From assembly GCF_000186885.1 (NCBI RefSeq), contig NC_014972.1, positions 2,700,001-2,732,000 on the forward strand: a stretch of DNA of 32,000 nucleotides, in the 5' to 3' direction. Position 1 is the first letter of the stretch; every line of letters begins with the position of its first letter. This DNA is from Desulfobulbus propionicus DSM 2032 (lineage in GTDB: Bacteria > Desulfobacterota > Desulfobulbia > Desulfobulbales > Desulfobulbaceae). The notes beneath the pieces are model-generated. The model was given only the letters and a program-made list of their open reading frames with translations, had not been told where the DNA came from and ran no database searches. A program made the position numbers and the translations under genes. Shown piece after piece: positions 10,155 through 19,948 of the stretch.

Positions 10155-10797
10155 CAATGAAGCGCGATATGAGCGGCTCAGAGGTCCGTTTGATAACGGC
10201 ATTTTTTTCCTCTGCTCTTTTTCGATCGGCGGATTCCCGCCATTTCGCCCCTCTTACATGCGGGAAATCCACCCAATCACCACGCGCCGGCGTACTATTC
10301 AAAAACTTCACTCACCATGGTCCATGGTAGCGGCTTGACGATGGAGCACGGTTACCCCAATCCATCAGCGGCAGATTTGTTCCGCCACCCCCTCACCCGC
10401 CGGGAGCACAACGAAAAATATCTTCATATCAATCTATTGGCCCGAAGAACAACCACATTTTTCCTTTGTTGCCAGTGATTCCGTGCAAACGCGGCACACC
10501 TTTTCCTTGACGACTGATTTGGAATCGTTGATATGTTCCGGGCATCCTGTCGCTGATCATCATCTGATTGCCGACACCGGTGCCTTTCACCCCATTCTTG
10601 GCAAAAGGTGGGCGACAACCAATTCGACCCGCTGAATTCGGCGATACCTGTCGATCAGCTGGTCGCAGCAACGTCAACATTATCCGTCAACGATTAGGCA
10701 ACATCACATTCTGTCGCAGCCAATGGACGCTTGCCCGGTAGCCCCCCGACGGGTTGCCCCCTGCTCCATCTTGCTTGCTCCTCACGAAACCAACACC

Positions 10798-11844
10798 ATG
10801 CCCAGCCGACAACCCCTCTCATCCACCTTCATCACCCGCCCCGAACAGCTCGCCCACGCCCTCGCCATACCGCTCGAGCCCCTACAGGCGGTACATGCTC
10901 ACTATCCCCTGCGGATCAGCGCCTATTACCTGCAACTGATCAAACAGCACGGATTGCCCCTCTGGAAGCAGGCTGTTCCCGACCTCAAGGAGTTGAACGA
11001 TTCATCCGGCCTGGTCGATCCCCTTGACGAGGAAAACCTGAGTCCCGTCCCCTGTCTGGTGCACAAGTATCCAGATCGCGCCTTGTTCCTCGTGTGCAGC
11101 GAATGCGCGATGTACTGTCGATTCTGCACCCGGAAGCGCAAGGTGGGTAAGCCGGACATGGTCATCAACGATCAGACCATTGCCGCTGGCCTGGAATATC
11201 TGGCTCGCACCCCGGCCATTACCGATGTCTTGGTTTCCGGCGGCGATCCGTTCATGCTGCCGCTCAGCCGCCTTGAACAGATACTCAAAGCCCTGCGGGC
11301 CATTCCTTCCGTTGTCACCATCCGTATTGGCACCAGGGTTCCCTGCACCTTGCCCAGCCGCGTGACCCTCCGGCTGGCCGCCATGCTGAAAAAATATCAT
11401 CCGCTCTACATCAATACCCATTTCAATCATCCTGCGGAGATCACTCCAGAGGCCGCCCTGGCCTGCGGTCGACTGGCCGATGCCGGTATTCCGTTGGGAT
11501 GCCAGACGGTTCTGTTACGAGGGGTCAACGACTCACCCGAGACCATCAAGATGTTGATGCGCCAGTTATTACGGATTCGCGTGAAACCCTACTATCTGTT
11601 TCAAGCCGATCTGACACGCGGAACCAGTCATTTCCGCACCACCATCGAGACCGGGGTGGATATCATGCGTCAGCTCATTGGCCATGTTTCCGGCATGGCC
11701 GTCCCGACCTACGCCTTGGATGCACCAGGCGGAGGCGGCAAAATCCCTCTCACCCCGCACTACATCAATAGCCTGGGAAAAACGCTGGAGTTTACCACCT
11801 ACCGGCATCTTCCCTGCTCGTATCCCAACGAGATCATTCCCTGA
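10798..11844 (+). CDS. Radical SAM protein, lysine 2,3-aminomutase (KamA/EpmB) family
   Basis: CSECAMYCRFCTRKRKVG (CxxxCxxC), LVSGGDPFMLP, IRIGTRVPCTLPSRV, YINTHFNHPAEITPEA, PYYLFQADLTRGTSHFRT family motifs. Confidence 0.88.
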   Translation: MPSRQPLSSTFITRPEQLAHALAIPLEPLQAVHAHYPLRISAYYLQLIKQHGLPLWKQAVPDLKELNDSSGLVDPLDEENLSPVPCLVHKYPDRALFLVCSECAMYCRFCTRKRKVGKPDMVINDQTIAAGLEYLARTPAITDVLVSGGDPFMLPLSRLEQILKALRAIPSVVTIRIGTRVPCTLPSRVTLRLAAMLKKYHPLYINTHFNHPAEITPEAALACGRLADAGIPLGCQTVLLRGVNDSPETIKMLMRQLLRIRVKPYYLFQADLTRGTSHFRTTIETGVDIMRQLIGHVSGMAVPTYALDAPGGGGKIPLTPHYINSLGKTLEFTTYRHLPCSYPNEIIP

Positions 11845-12002
11845 CCCGTCATTCTTTTCCCTTGCTCGGCTGAACCATTGAACCTTACTATAGGAATCGA
11901 ACATGAATCGCTGACCCTTCGCCGCTAATCGGATTACCGCTCCAATACTGTTCAGCGTCCCTTTCCCTGCCGTTGTGGCGAGGAACTTCCCAAGGTATTC
12001 AC

Positions 12003-13589
12003 ATGGCATCCGCTTCAGAAACTGTCCTGAATGAGGTTTTTTCTTCCAAAGATCTGCCGACGTTGCCTCTTATTGCCAGCAAGCTTCTGGTGCTGACTGC
12101 GCAGGAGGAAGCCACCCTTACCGATATCGCCGGCCTCATTGCCCAGGACATGGCTTTGTCCGCCAAGATTCTCCGGGTGGCGAACTCGTCGTTTTACAGT
12201 TTCCCCCAACAGATCGCCTCGATCAATCAGGCGGTATCCATTCTTGGCATGAATGCCGTCCGCAGCCTGGTACTCAGTTTTTCCTTTTTGGCCATGGGGA
12301 ATAAAAAACGTCAGACGCTGTTTGATTTTGAACGGTTTTGGGAGCGATCCCTGGTTGAGGCGGTCGGCGCACGATTGATCCTTGATCAAGTGGCCAACAG
12401 TGATCCCGAGGAGGCCTTCACTTGCGGTCTTCTCCAAAATATCGGGCAATTGATCTATGCCGTCACCCTGCCGGCCCAATACGACGACGTCTTGCAAAAG
12501 GCTCGCATCATCAACGATGCAGGCAACGTTACTTCGGTCCACGATGAAGAGCGATTGGAACAAGAGGCTCTCGGCATCTCTCATGCCGAACTCGGCTACG
12601 AGATCGCCAAAAGCTGGGGTTTCCCAGAAAATCTTCTTTTCCCGATCAAGTTCCATCATCAGCCGTTGGCGTATCGGGGCGGGAATCATCGATGCAAGCA
12701 AAACATACGGGCCGCCTACCTCGCCGGCCTTCTCTCCAACATCTTTTATTCCGATGAACCGGAACGATACCACAAGCAATTCCGCACCGAAGCCAAGCAA
12801 CTGCTCGGCCTTAAAGTGTTGAGCATCAATACTGTCCTCAAAACGATTGACGGCGGGATTGATCAATCGGCACGCTACTTTGGAATTAAAATCAATCCGG
12901 TTAAATCGGTGGCGGAAATCCTCCAGGAAGCGAACCTGCGGCTCAGCCTGATCAATCTATCCTACGAAGAAATGAATCGGGAATTGATCAAATCCAAGAT
13001 GGAACTGGAACGGCTTACCGAGGAACTATCGCAAAAAAACAGATTGCTTGAAAATCTTGCCAACATTGATGGGTTGACAGAAGTCAGCAATCATCGTTTT
13101 TTTCAGCATTTTCTCGATTCGGAAATCAACCGGGCCATTCGAAACGATCGGCCTCTTTCGCTGCTCCTTGCCGATATCGATCATTTCAAGAAATTCAATG
13201 ACACCTATGGCCATCAAACCGGTGATTTTATCCTCAAGGAGTTCTGTCGAATAACCAAAGAAGTGATACGGGAGTATGATTTACTTGCCCGGTATGGAGG
13301 CGAAGAATTTGCTTATGTTCTTCCTGAAACATCTCAGGAGGAAGCCCAGATTGTCGCTGAAAAACTGCGAAAAACGGTTGAGGAGGTTACTTTTGACGAT
13401 GGGAGGCAATCTTACCATGTCACCATCAGCATTGGCGTTGCCACTGCGCGACCTGGAGTGGAGGATTTTTCCAAAAACGATTTTATCGGCGCCGCTGACG
13501 AAGCCCTCTACGAGGCCAAGAACGGTGGCCGCAATCGGATAGCCCTGTATACGCCCAAGAAAAAGAAGAAATGGTCTTTGTTCAAATAA
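12003..13589 (+). CDS. HDOD domain plus GGDEF diguanylate cyclase signalling protein
   Basis: N-terminal HDOD (LPTLPLIASKLLVLTAQEEATLTDIAGLIAQDMALSAKILRVANSSFY), C-terminal GGDEF (LLLADIDHFKKFNDTYGHQTGD...ARYGGEEFAYVLPETS). The ATG at 12003 is preferred to the upstream TTG-type start. Confidence 0.92.
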   Translation: MASASETVLNEVFSSKDLPTLPLIASKLLVLTAQEEATLTDIAGLIAQDMALSAKILRVANSSFYSFPQQIASINQAVSILGMNAVRSLVLSFSFLAMGNKKRQTLFDFERFWERSLVEAVGARLILDQVANSDPEEAFTCGLLQNIGQLIYAVTLPAQYDDVLQKARIINDAGNVTSVHDEERLEQEALGISHAELGYEIAKSWGFPENLLFPIKFHHQPLAYRGGNHRCKQNIRAAYLAGLLSNIFYSDEPERYHKQFRTEAKQLLGLKVLSINTVLKTIDGGIDQSARYFGIKINPVKSVAEILQEANLRLSLINLSYEEMNRELIKSKMELERLTEELSQKNRLLENLANIDGLTEVSNHRFFQHFLDSEINRAIRNDRPLSLLLADIDHFKKFNDTYGHQTGDFILKEFCRITKEVIREYDLLARYGGEEFAYVLPETSQEEAQIVAEKLRKTVEEVTFDDGRQSYHVTISIGVATARPGVEDFSKNDFIGAADEALYEAKNGGRNRIALYTPKKKKKWSLFK

Positions 13590-13937
13590 CAATTCCCCCG
13601 GCAATCGATGGCGCTTTCGATTCCCATGCCTTCCTTCACGACGTGGCTCTCTCGGATCTGTTGTCCCGTTGATTTCTAGTTGAAACTTTTCACCGCAACA
13701 GGCTGTTCGGCAACAAATCGTATGGTTGTTTGCAACAGGCCTGATCATTTCCACCCGTTTTTCTTTCTTGACCGTCCAGAACCCTTCAGGTGCGTATCCT
13801 TTTCTTTTTTTGGAAAAATAAGGTAAGAACATACAGTTCTGCCCCTATAGACTATCGATGTCGCCGAAGATTGGCATCAGACACCATTTCAACAAAAGGC
13901 CTGCAACCCAACAAAACCCACTTGATGAGGAGGGAAG

Positions 13938-14852
13938 ATGAAACCACGGCGTTCCAATTTGTCCGTTCCTGGCCACATGAAAAAAATGCATGAGAAAGCG
14001 AGCCAGAGCGCGGCTGATGTGATCATGCTGGATCTTGAAGACAGTGTCCCTGTTGATGAAAAGGCCACGGCCCGTGCGCAGGTGATCGATTCGCTGCGAT
14101 CGTTGGACTGGTCGCATAAAACAGTGACCGTGCGGATCAATTCGCTGGATACACCTTTTGCTTATCGGGACTTGCTTGAAGTGGCGGAACATGCCGGACA
14201 TGTAATTGACGCGATTGTCATTCCGAAAGTGAATGATGGGGGCGACATCTTTTTTGCCGACCGTTTGCTGACCGGCATTGAACTGTCCAAAGACGTTCAT
14301 CGACCGATCGGCATAGAAGCCTCCATAGAAACTGCCGAAGGATTACGGAACGCCTCCAAAATCATGCGGGCTAGCAAAAGGGTGATCAGTCTGGTATTCG
14401 GCATCGCTGACTACTCGGCCTCCATAGGCGCGCGCCTTGTTTCCATTTCGGGTCACGGAGAAAAAGAGGAAGATCTCTATCCAGGTCATCGTTGGCATTT
14501 CGCCATCAGCAACATGGTCATGCACGCCAAGGCGGGTGGAGCGCTTGCCATCGATGCACCTTATGGTAATTTCAAGGATATGGAAGGATTGCGCCGATCA
14601 GCGGTCATGGCCAGCGCCTTAGGCTGCGACGGCAAGTGGGCAATTCATCCGTCACAGATCGATATTCTCAATGAGGTCTTCACTCCATCGCCAGAGGAAA
14701 TCGCCTTGGCCGCCAAGGTCATGGAGGCAAATGCCCGGGCTCAATCGGAAGGCAAAGGGGCGATTGCCGTTGAGGGTCGTATGGTGGATCAGGCCACAGT
14801 CCGCTTAGCCACTAAACTCTGGGAGCAGGCCAAGTTTCTGAACCTTGTCTGA
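13938..14852 (+). CDS. HpcH/HpaI aldolase, CitE / malyl-CoA lyase-like family
   Basis: 304 aa; RRSNLSVPGH, ADVIMLDLEDSVP, TVRINSLDTPF, IEASIETAEGLRNA, GIADYSASIG, GCDGKWAIHPSQI. Confidence 0.87.
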   Translation: MKPRRSNLSVPGHMKKMHEKASQSAADVIMLDLEDSVPVDEKATARAQVIDSLRSLDWSHKTVTVRINSLDTPFAYRDLLEVAEHAGHVIDAIVIPKVNDGGDIFFADRLLTGIELSKDVHRPIGIEASIETAEGLRNASKIMRASKRVISLVFGIADYSASIGARLVSISGHGEKEEDLYPGHRWHFAISNMVMHAKAGGALAIDAPYGNFKDMEGLRRSAVMASALGCDGKWAIHPSQIDILNEVFTPSPEEIALAAKVMEANARAQSEGKGAIAVEGRMVDQATVRLATKLWEQAKFLNLV

Positions 14853-14899
14853 ACGATCTCTTGCACCGGGTGCAGGGTTAAGAATCAAATGATGCACTA

Positions 14900-14934
14900 A
14901 AAAAAAGGAGTGCCGGCAAGCCGGCACTCCTTTT
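14900..14934. terminator. Bidirectional Rho-independent terminator between the CitE-like gene and the oadA-type gene
   Basis: AAAAAAA-GGAGTGCCGGC-AA-GCCGGCACTCC-TTTT; 11 bp perfect stem at 14907-14917/14920-14930. Confidence 0.9.
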
Positions 14935-14954
14935 GTGTTTAAACAGGTTCGAGA

Positions 14955-16946
14955 TTATCCGATGATTGCCAGGACGGTATCCTTGGCAACCGAGTCACCG
15001 CTGCCAAAATTAAGCGCCTTCACAGTACCATCGCACGGAGAACCGAGATTGTTCTCCATCTTCATGGCCTCAAGAACGAGGATGGGGTCGCCAGCTTTGA
15101 CCGCATCACCAACATTGACCAGATTCTTGACGATCATGCCGGGCATGGGGGCCAACAGCGGGGTTCCTCCCTCAACAGCGGCTGGAGCCGGAGCGGCGGC
15201 GGCAGGTGCAGCAGCCTTCGGCGCGGCAGCAGGTGCAGCAGCGGCAGGTGCAGCAGCTTTCGGTGCAGCGGCAGGTGCGGCAGGCCGCGGAGCAGCGGCG
15301 ACCATCGGCTGGAAGTCACCGGTCGGGTCGACCTCAACGTTGAAATACTCACCGTCGACGAAGACGTTGAAGGTCCGAACGTTAGCGGTCTTCTCCGGAG
15401 CAGCGGGCTTGGGCTCGATGAGCTTGCCAGCCTTGGCCTTGGCCACCAGTTCATCACGCTTCTTGACATCCTCAAGGGTGAGCGGCTTGACTTCGGGCGG
15501 TGCCGGGGTAATGCCATACTTCCACTCAAGGAACTTCTTCCCGGTGACCGGGTAGATGGCGTAGAGTACCAAGTCATCGATATCCTTGGCGAGATCGCCA
15601 ATCTCTTTCTTGGCCTTTTCCAACTCGGGCTCAAGCACCTCTGCCGGACGGCAGGTGATCGGCTCTTCACCGCGCGGATAGCCTTTCAGAGCCTTCTTCT
15701 GCAGTTCAGGGTTGATCGGCACAGCGGTTTTACCATAGAGACCGTAGCACAGGTCTTTGACCTGGGCGGTGATCATCTTGTAGCGCTCATCAGGAGTGTC
15801 AAACAGCACGTTGTTCACGGTCTGGATGCCAACGATCTGGCTGGTCGGGGTAACCAGCGGAATCTGGCCGAGGTCTTTCCGAACTTTCGGCAGCTCTTTG
15901 TAGACCTGATCGATCTTGTCCAGAGCATCCATCTCACGCAACTGGTTGACCAGGTTGGAGAGCATGCCGCCCGGGGTCTGATGGAGAAGAACGTTGATAT
16001 CGATGATTGAGCACTTGGAGTCATCCATGAGGTGCTTGTATTTCGGCATAACCTCTTTCTCTAGCACCTCGTTGATGGCGGCCAGTTTCTTGATGTCGAA
16101 ACCGGTGTCGCGGTTGGTGCCGAGCAGGGCCATGACCAACGGCTCGATGGCCGGATGGGCGGTACGGAAAGCGTACGGGGTCATGCAGGTGTCAACGATA
16201 TCTACGCCAGCCTCAATGGCCTTCAGATGACTCATGGACGCCATACCAGAGGTGAAGTGGCTGTGCAGGTGGATCGGGGTCTTGGTGACTTCCTTGATAG
16301 CCTTGACGATGGCGTAGGCGTCGTATGGGGCGATCAGACCGGCCATGTCCTTGATGCAGATGGAGTCAGCGCCCATGTCGTCAAGCGCTTTGGCGCGGTC
16401 GACATAGTACTTCAGGTCATAAACATCCCCGCCCAGACGCGGTTCGGTCAGCGAATAGCAAATACAACCCTGGAAGTGCTTGCCGCTCTTCTTGATCTGT
16501 TTAACAACGGTCTCGAAGTTACGGTAATCGTTGAGGGCGTCAAAGGTCCGGAAGATATCCATACCGTTCTCGGCAGCGCGCTCAACAAAGGCGGTGGCCA
16601 AGTCATCGGCATAGTTACGGTATCCAACCAGGTTCTGCGCGCGCAGCAACATGGAGAAGGGGGTCTTCTTGATGTAACGTTTCAGGGTGCGGAGACGCTC
16701 CCACGGGTCCTCGTTGAGGAAGCGGTGCATGGTGTCAAAGGTGGCGCCACCCCAGGTCTCAACTGCCCAGAAGCCGATCTCGTCCATCATTTCCGCGATC
16801 GGAATCATGTCCTCGGTGCGCCCGCGGGTGGCGAACAGAGACTGGTGGCCGTCACGAAGGCTCAAGTCCATAACTTTGACCGGATTTTCTGCAGCAGGCC
16901 GGTCAGTTGCATAATTCATGGCGGTCATTTTCACTTGGTCGCTCAT
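14955..16946 (-). CDS. Biotin-dependent carboxyltransferase 5S/oxaloacetate decarboxylase alpha or pyruvate carboxylase B-type subunit with fused biotinyl domain
   Basis: 663 aa; MDLSLRDGHQSLFATRGRTEDM, YRNFETVVKQIKK, HSHFTSGMASM, PTSQIVGIQTVNNV, Ala/Pro linker, biotinylation motif LEAMKMENN. Confidence 0.93.
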   Translation of the reverse strand: MSDQVKMTAMNYATDRPAAENPVKVMDLSLRDGHQSLFATRGRTEDMIPIAEMMDEIGFWAVETWGGATFDTMHRFLNEDPWERLRTLKRYIKKTPFSMLLRAQNLVGYRNYADDLATAFVERAAENGMDIFRTFDALNDYRNFETVVKQIKKSGKHFQGCICYSLTEPRLGGDVYDLKYYVDRAKALDDMGADSICIKDMAGLIAPYDAYAIVKAIKEVTKTPIHLHSHFTSGMASMSHLKAIEAGVDIVDTCMTPYAFRTAHPAIEPLVMALLGTNRDTGFDIKKLAAINEVLEKEVMPKYKHLMDDSKCSIIDINVLLHQTPGGMLSNLVNQLREMDALDKIDQVYKELPKVRKDLGQIPLVTPTSQIVGIQTVNNVLFDTPDERYKMITAQVKDLCYGLYGKTAVPINPELQKKALKGYPRGEEPITCRPAEVLEPELEKAKKEIGDLAKDIDDLVLYAIYPVTGKKFLEWKYGITPAPPEVKPLTLEDVKKRDELVAKAKAGKLIEPKPAAPEKTANVRTFNVFVDGEYFNVEVDPTGDFQPMVAAAPRPAAPAAAPKAAAPAAAAPAAAPKAAAPAAAAPAPAAVEGGTPLLAPMPGMIVKNLVNVGDAVKAGDPILVLEAMKMENNLGSPCDGTVKALNFGSGDSVAKDTVLAIIG
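15175..15310 (-). repeat. Ala/Pro/Lys-rich interdomain linker repeats inside the carboxyltransferase CDS
   Basis: Degenerate tandem units encoding A-A-P-K-A-A-A-P-A-A-A (APAAAPKAAAPAAAAPAAAPKAAAPAAAAPAP). Confidence 0.8.
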
Positions 16947-17002
16947 TTTCAGTATCTCCCTGTTATACGTTGTCGTTGAACGTCAAATAGTCGTAAAAGC
17001 CA

Positions 17003-17200
17003 TCAGAAGGCTTTCATTTGAATCAGCCTGCGGAAATTCATGATATCCTGACGGCCGGCAATTGCCCATAAGCTTGGCCCGGCTGGTGCAACAGATTTGG
17101 CAGCCAGCAACTGGGCCTGGTATGCCGCCTCCTCTTCCTGCATCAGGTAGGCATTAACGGCTGCAAGGGCCGCAGCCATTTTTTTGTTCATTTTTGCCAT
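17003..17200 (-). CDS. Small carboxylase-operon protein (possible OadG/MmdD-type accessory protein or membrane-free remnant)
   Basis: 65 aa MAKMNKKMAAALAAVNAYLMQEEEAAYQAQLLAAKSVAPAGPSLWAIAGRQDIMNFRRLIQMKAF, translated between the two carboxyltransferase genes. The ATG at 17200 is preceded by a GGATGA-like RBS. Confidence 0.7.
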   Translation of the reverse strand: MAKMNKKMAAALAAVNAYLMQEEEAAYQAQLLAAKSVAPAGPSLWAIAGRQDIMNFRRLIQMKAF

Positions 17201-17258
17201 TCTGTCATCCTCTGAGTTTGTTGGCACGGCAAGATACCGAGCCAGTACATAAGAGTGT

Positions 17259-18809
17259 TTACAGCGGGATATTGCCGTGTTTCTTCATCGGGATCGTGTC
17301 ACGCTTTCCAGAGATCGACTCAAACGCGTTGATGATACGGTACCTGGTTTCGGCCGGTTCAATGACATCGTCGATATAGCCACGCTCGGCCGCACAATAT
17401 GGATTGGAGAACTGCTCGTTGTACTCGTTTTCTTTTTCGGCCAGGAACGCTCTGGGATCTTCTGCTGCTTTAGCGCCCTTGGCGTGCAGGACTTCGACCG
17501 CGCCTTTGGAGCCCATAACGGCGATTTCACCGGTCGGCCAGGAGTAGTTGATATCGGTTCGCAGGTGCTTGGACGACATAGCGCAGTAGGCGCCGCCATA
17601 GGATTTACGGGTAATAATCGTTACCTTTGGCACTGTCGATTCGGCGTAGGCATACAGCATCTTGGCGCCGTTGCGGATAACGCCGCCGAATTCCTGTGCA
17701 GTGCCGGGCAGGAAGCCAGGGACGTCGACGAAGGTAAGGATCGGAATGTTGAAGCAGTCGCAGAAGCGGATGAAGCGGGCACCTTTGATCGAGGAATCGA
17801 TGTCGAGAACACCGGCGTAGTAGGACGGCTGGTTGGCAACGATGCCAATAGCCTTGCCACCATAACGGGCAAAACCGATGACGATGTTCGGAGCGAAATT
17901 CTTCTTGATTTCAAAGAAGATACCGTTGTCTGCCGTCTCGGTGATGACCTTTTTCATGTCGTAGGCGGCATTCGGGTTGTCCGGAATGATGTCGTTGAGC
18001 AGTTCGGAGCGGCGGGTGATCGGATCGTCGCAGGGGGCATCCGGAGGATTCTCCAGATTGTTCTGCGGCAAATAGCTCATCAGATCCTTGATGTACTGAA
18101 TGGCGTCGTCCTCGTTCTCGGCAGCATAGTCGGTGACGCCGGACTTGGTGGTATGCATGGCCGCACCACCCAACTGCTCGGTGGTGACGTCCTCGTTTAA
18201 CACAGTCTTAACGACCTTGGGACCTGTCAGGAACATGTAGGACTGGATCTTGACCTGGATGATGAAGTCGGTCAGGGCAGGAGAGTAAACGGCGCCACCG
18301 GCGCAGGGTCCGAAAACACCGGAAATCTGGGGAACAACACCCGAAGCGAGAACATTACGGGTGAAGATTTCGGTATATCCTGCCAGGGCCTCGATACCTT
18401 CCTGGATACGGGCGCCACCGGAGTCGTTCAATCCGATGACCGGAATGCCGTTTTTCATGCCCAGATCCATGATTTTGCATATTTTTTCAGCCAAGGTTCC
18501 GGAAAGAGAACCGGCGAGGACCGAAAAGTCCTGCGCGTAAATATAAACCGGCCGGCCGGCCAGCTTGCCATATCCGGTGACGATACCGTCGCCGAAAAAC
18601 TTGATTTTTTCCATGCCGAAGTTGTAGCAGCGATGGAGCTTGAAAGCATCGTATTCCTCGAAGGTGCCTGGGTCGAGGAGGAGTTGAATACGCTCACGGG
18701 CGGTATATTTGCCCTGGGAGTGGATCTTGTCGATTTTATCCTGACCGCCGCCCAGCAAGGCTTTGGCCCTTTTTTGCTTTAGCTGCTCTAATTTTTCCTT
18801 TGTGCTCAT
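17259..18809 (-). CDS. mmdA: Methylmalonyl-CoA decarboxylase alpha / methylmalonyl-CoA carboxyltransferase 12S / propionyl-CoA carboxylase beta-type subunit
   Basis: 516 aa; [97 protein letters not shown]. Confidence 0.93.
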   Translation of the reverse strand: MSTKEKLEQLKQKRAKALLGGGQDKIDKIHSQGKYTARERIQLLLDPGTFEEYDAFKLHRCYNFGMEKIKFFGDGIVTGYGKLAGRPVYIYAQDFSVLAGSLSGTLAEKICKIMDLGMKNGIPVIGLNDSGGARIQEGIEALAGYTEIFTRNVLASGVVPQISGVFGPCAGGAVYSPALTDFIIQVKIQSYMFLTGPKVVKTVLNEDVTTEQLGGAAMHTTKSGVTDYAAENEDDAIQYIKDLMSYLPQNNLENPPDAPCDDPITRRSELLNDIIPDNPNAAYDMKKVITETADNGIFFEIKKNFAPNIVIGFARYGGKAIGIVANQPSYYAGVLDIDSSIKGARFIRFCDCFNIPILTFVDVPGFLPGTAQEFGGVIRNGAKMLYAYAESTVPKVTIITRKSYGGAYCAMSSKHLRTDINYSWPTGEIAVMGSKGAVEVLHAKGAKAAEDPRAFLAEKENEYNEQFSNPYCAAERGYIDDVIEPAETRYRIINAFESISGKRDTIPMKKHGNIPL

Positions 18810-18911
18810 GCTGTCTCCTTGCTGCAGAATTCAGTAAAAATTCCGTGGCCGATTATGAAAGCCATGAAAAGGCCGGATGGAGCACATCCGGCCTTTTCAA
18901 TCACTGGCTGA

Positions 18912-19787
18912 TCATCCTTTATACACTTGCTTGCACAGCTCGCCCAATTTCCCAAGATTTGCGCAGTGGTGAACACCGCTGGCCTTCATGGCTTCGATCT
19001 TGGCCTCAGCAGTTCCCTTGCCGCCACTGACAATAGCGCCGGCGTGGCCCATGCGACGGCCAGGAGGAGCGGTCAAGCCGGCGATGAAACCGACAACCGG
19101 TTTTTTGGTGTTGGCCTTGATCCATTCGCAGGCGTTTTCTTCCGCGTTGCCGCCGATTTCACCGATCATGACGATGGCCTTGGTGTCCGGATCCGCAGCA
19201 AAAGCCTCGAGGCAATCGAGGAAGTTGGTGCCGTTGATGGGATCGCCACCGATACCGATGCAGGTGGTCTGGCCGAAGCCAGCCTGGGTCAGTTGGTGGA
19301 CGGCCTCGTAGGTGAGCGTTCCAGAGCGGGACACGACGCCCCAGGGTCCGCCGGGTTTGTGCATCGGTCCAGGCATGATGCCGATCTTGCACTCACCGGG
19401 GGTGATGATACCGGGGCAGTTCGGTCCGATCAAACGGGTGGTTTTGGTGGCCAGATAGTTCTTGACGCGCATCATGTCGAGAACCGGTACACCTTCGGTG
19501 ATACAGACAACCAGCTCGATGCCGGCGTCGGCTGCTTCCATGATGGCGTCAGCGGCAAAAGGCGGCGGCACCAGAATCATGGAGGCGTTGCAGCCTGTTT
19601 TCTCACGGGCTTCCTTGACCGAATTGAAAATCGGGACATCGTCCATCTTCTGGCCGCCTTTGCCGGGGGTGACGCCGGCGACCACGTTGGTGCCGTAGGC
19701 AATGCAGGAGCGGGTATGGAACTGGCCTTCTTGGCCGGTGATGCCTTGTACAACTAATCGGGTATTTTTATTAACGAAAACGCTCAT
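18912..19787 (-). CDS. sucD: Succinyl-CoA synthetase alpha subunit
   Basis: 291 aa; [23 protein letters not shown]-like [56 protein letters not shown]. Confidence 0.95.
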   Translation of the reverse strand: MSVFVNKNTRLVVQGITGQEGQFHTRSCIAYGTNVVAGVTPGKGGQKMDDVPIFNSVKEAREKTGCNASMILVPPPFAADAIMEAADAGIELVVCITEGVPVLDMMRVKNYLATKTTRLIGPNCPGIITPGECKIGIMPGPMHKPGGPWGVVSRSGTLTYEAVHQLTQAGFGQTTCIGIGGDPINGTNFLDCLEAFAADPDTKAIVMIGEIGGNAEENACEWIKANTKKPVVGFIAGLTAPPGRRMGHAGAIVSGGKGTAEAKIEAMKASGVHHCANLGKLGELCKQVYKG

Positions 19788-19948
19788 TGTCTTCCTCTAT
19801 GGGTATAAGTTTTCTTGCCTCTGAAATCTGAGTCTTCAATATCCAGTGGTCGCGACTGACCCGTCAGAACCGATTCAGGCCCCCATTTGGGCAACCCCTG
19901 CCCGTCACAGGCATAAATCGAGCCCGGCCAATCTGAACTCATCTTTCA

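Noticed and set aside
10036-10311. 91-aa minus-strand ORF upstream of dctP
   Set aside because: It covers the dctP leader and the candidate sigma-54 promoter, and its sequence has no domain character.
15175-15310. Tandem GCAGGTGCAGCAGC-like repeats considered as a non-coding repeat array or CRISPR-like structure
   Set aside because: They encode the normal Ala/Pro linker between the carboxyltransferase and biotinyl domains, with no unique spacers.
16155-16979. Antisense ORFs over the carboxyltransferase, mmdA and sucD genes (e.g. 16155-16979, 17277-18200, 18927-19757)
   Set aside because: Each mirrors a confident coding gene and has no independent motif support.
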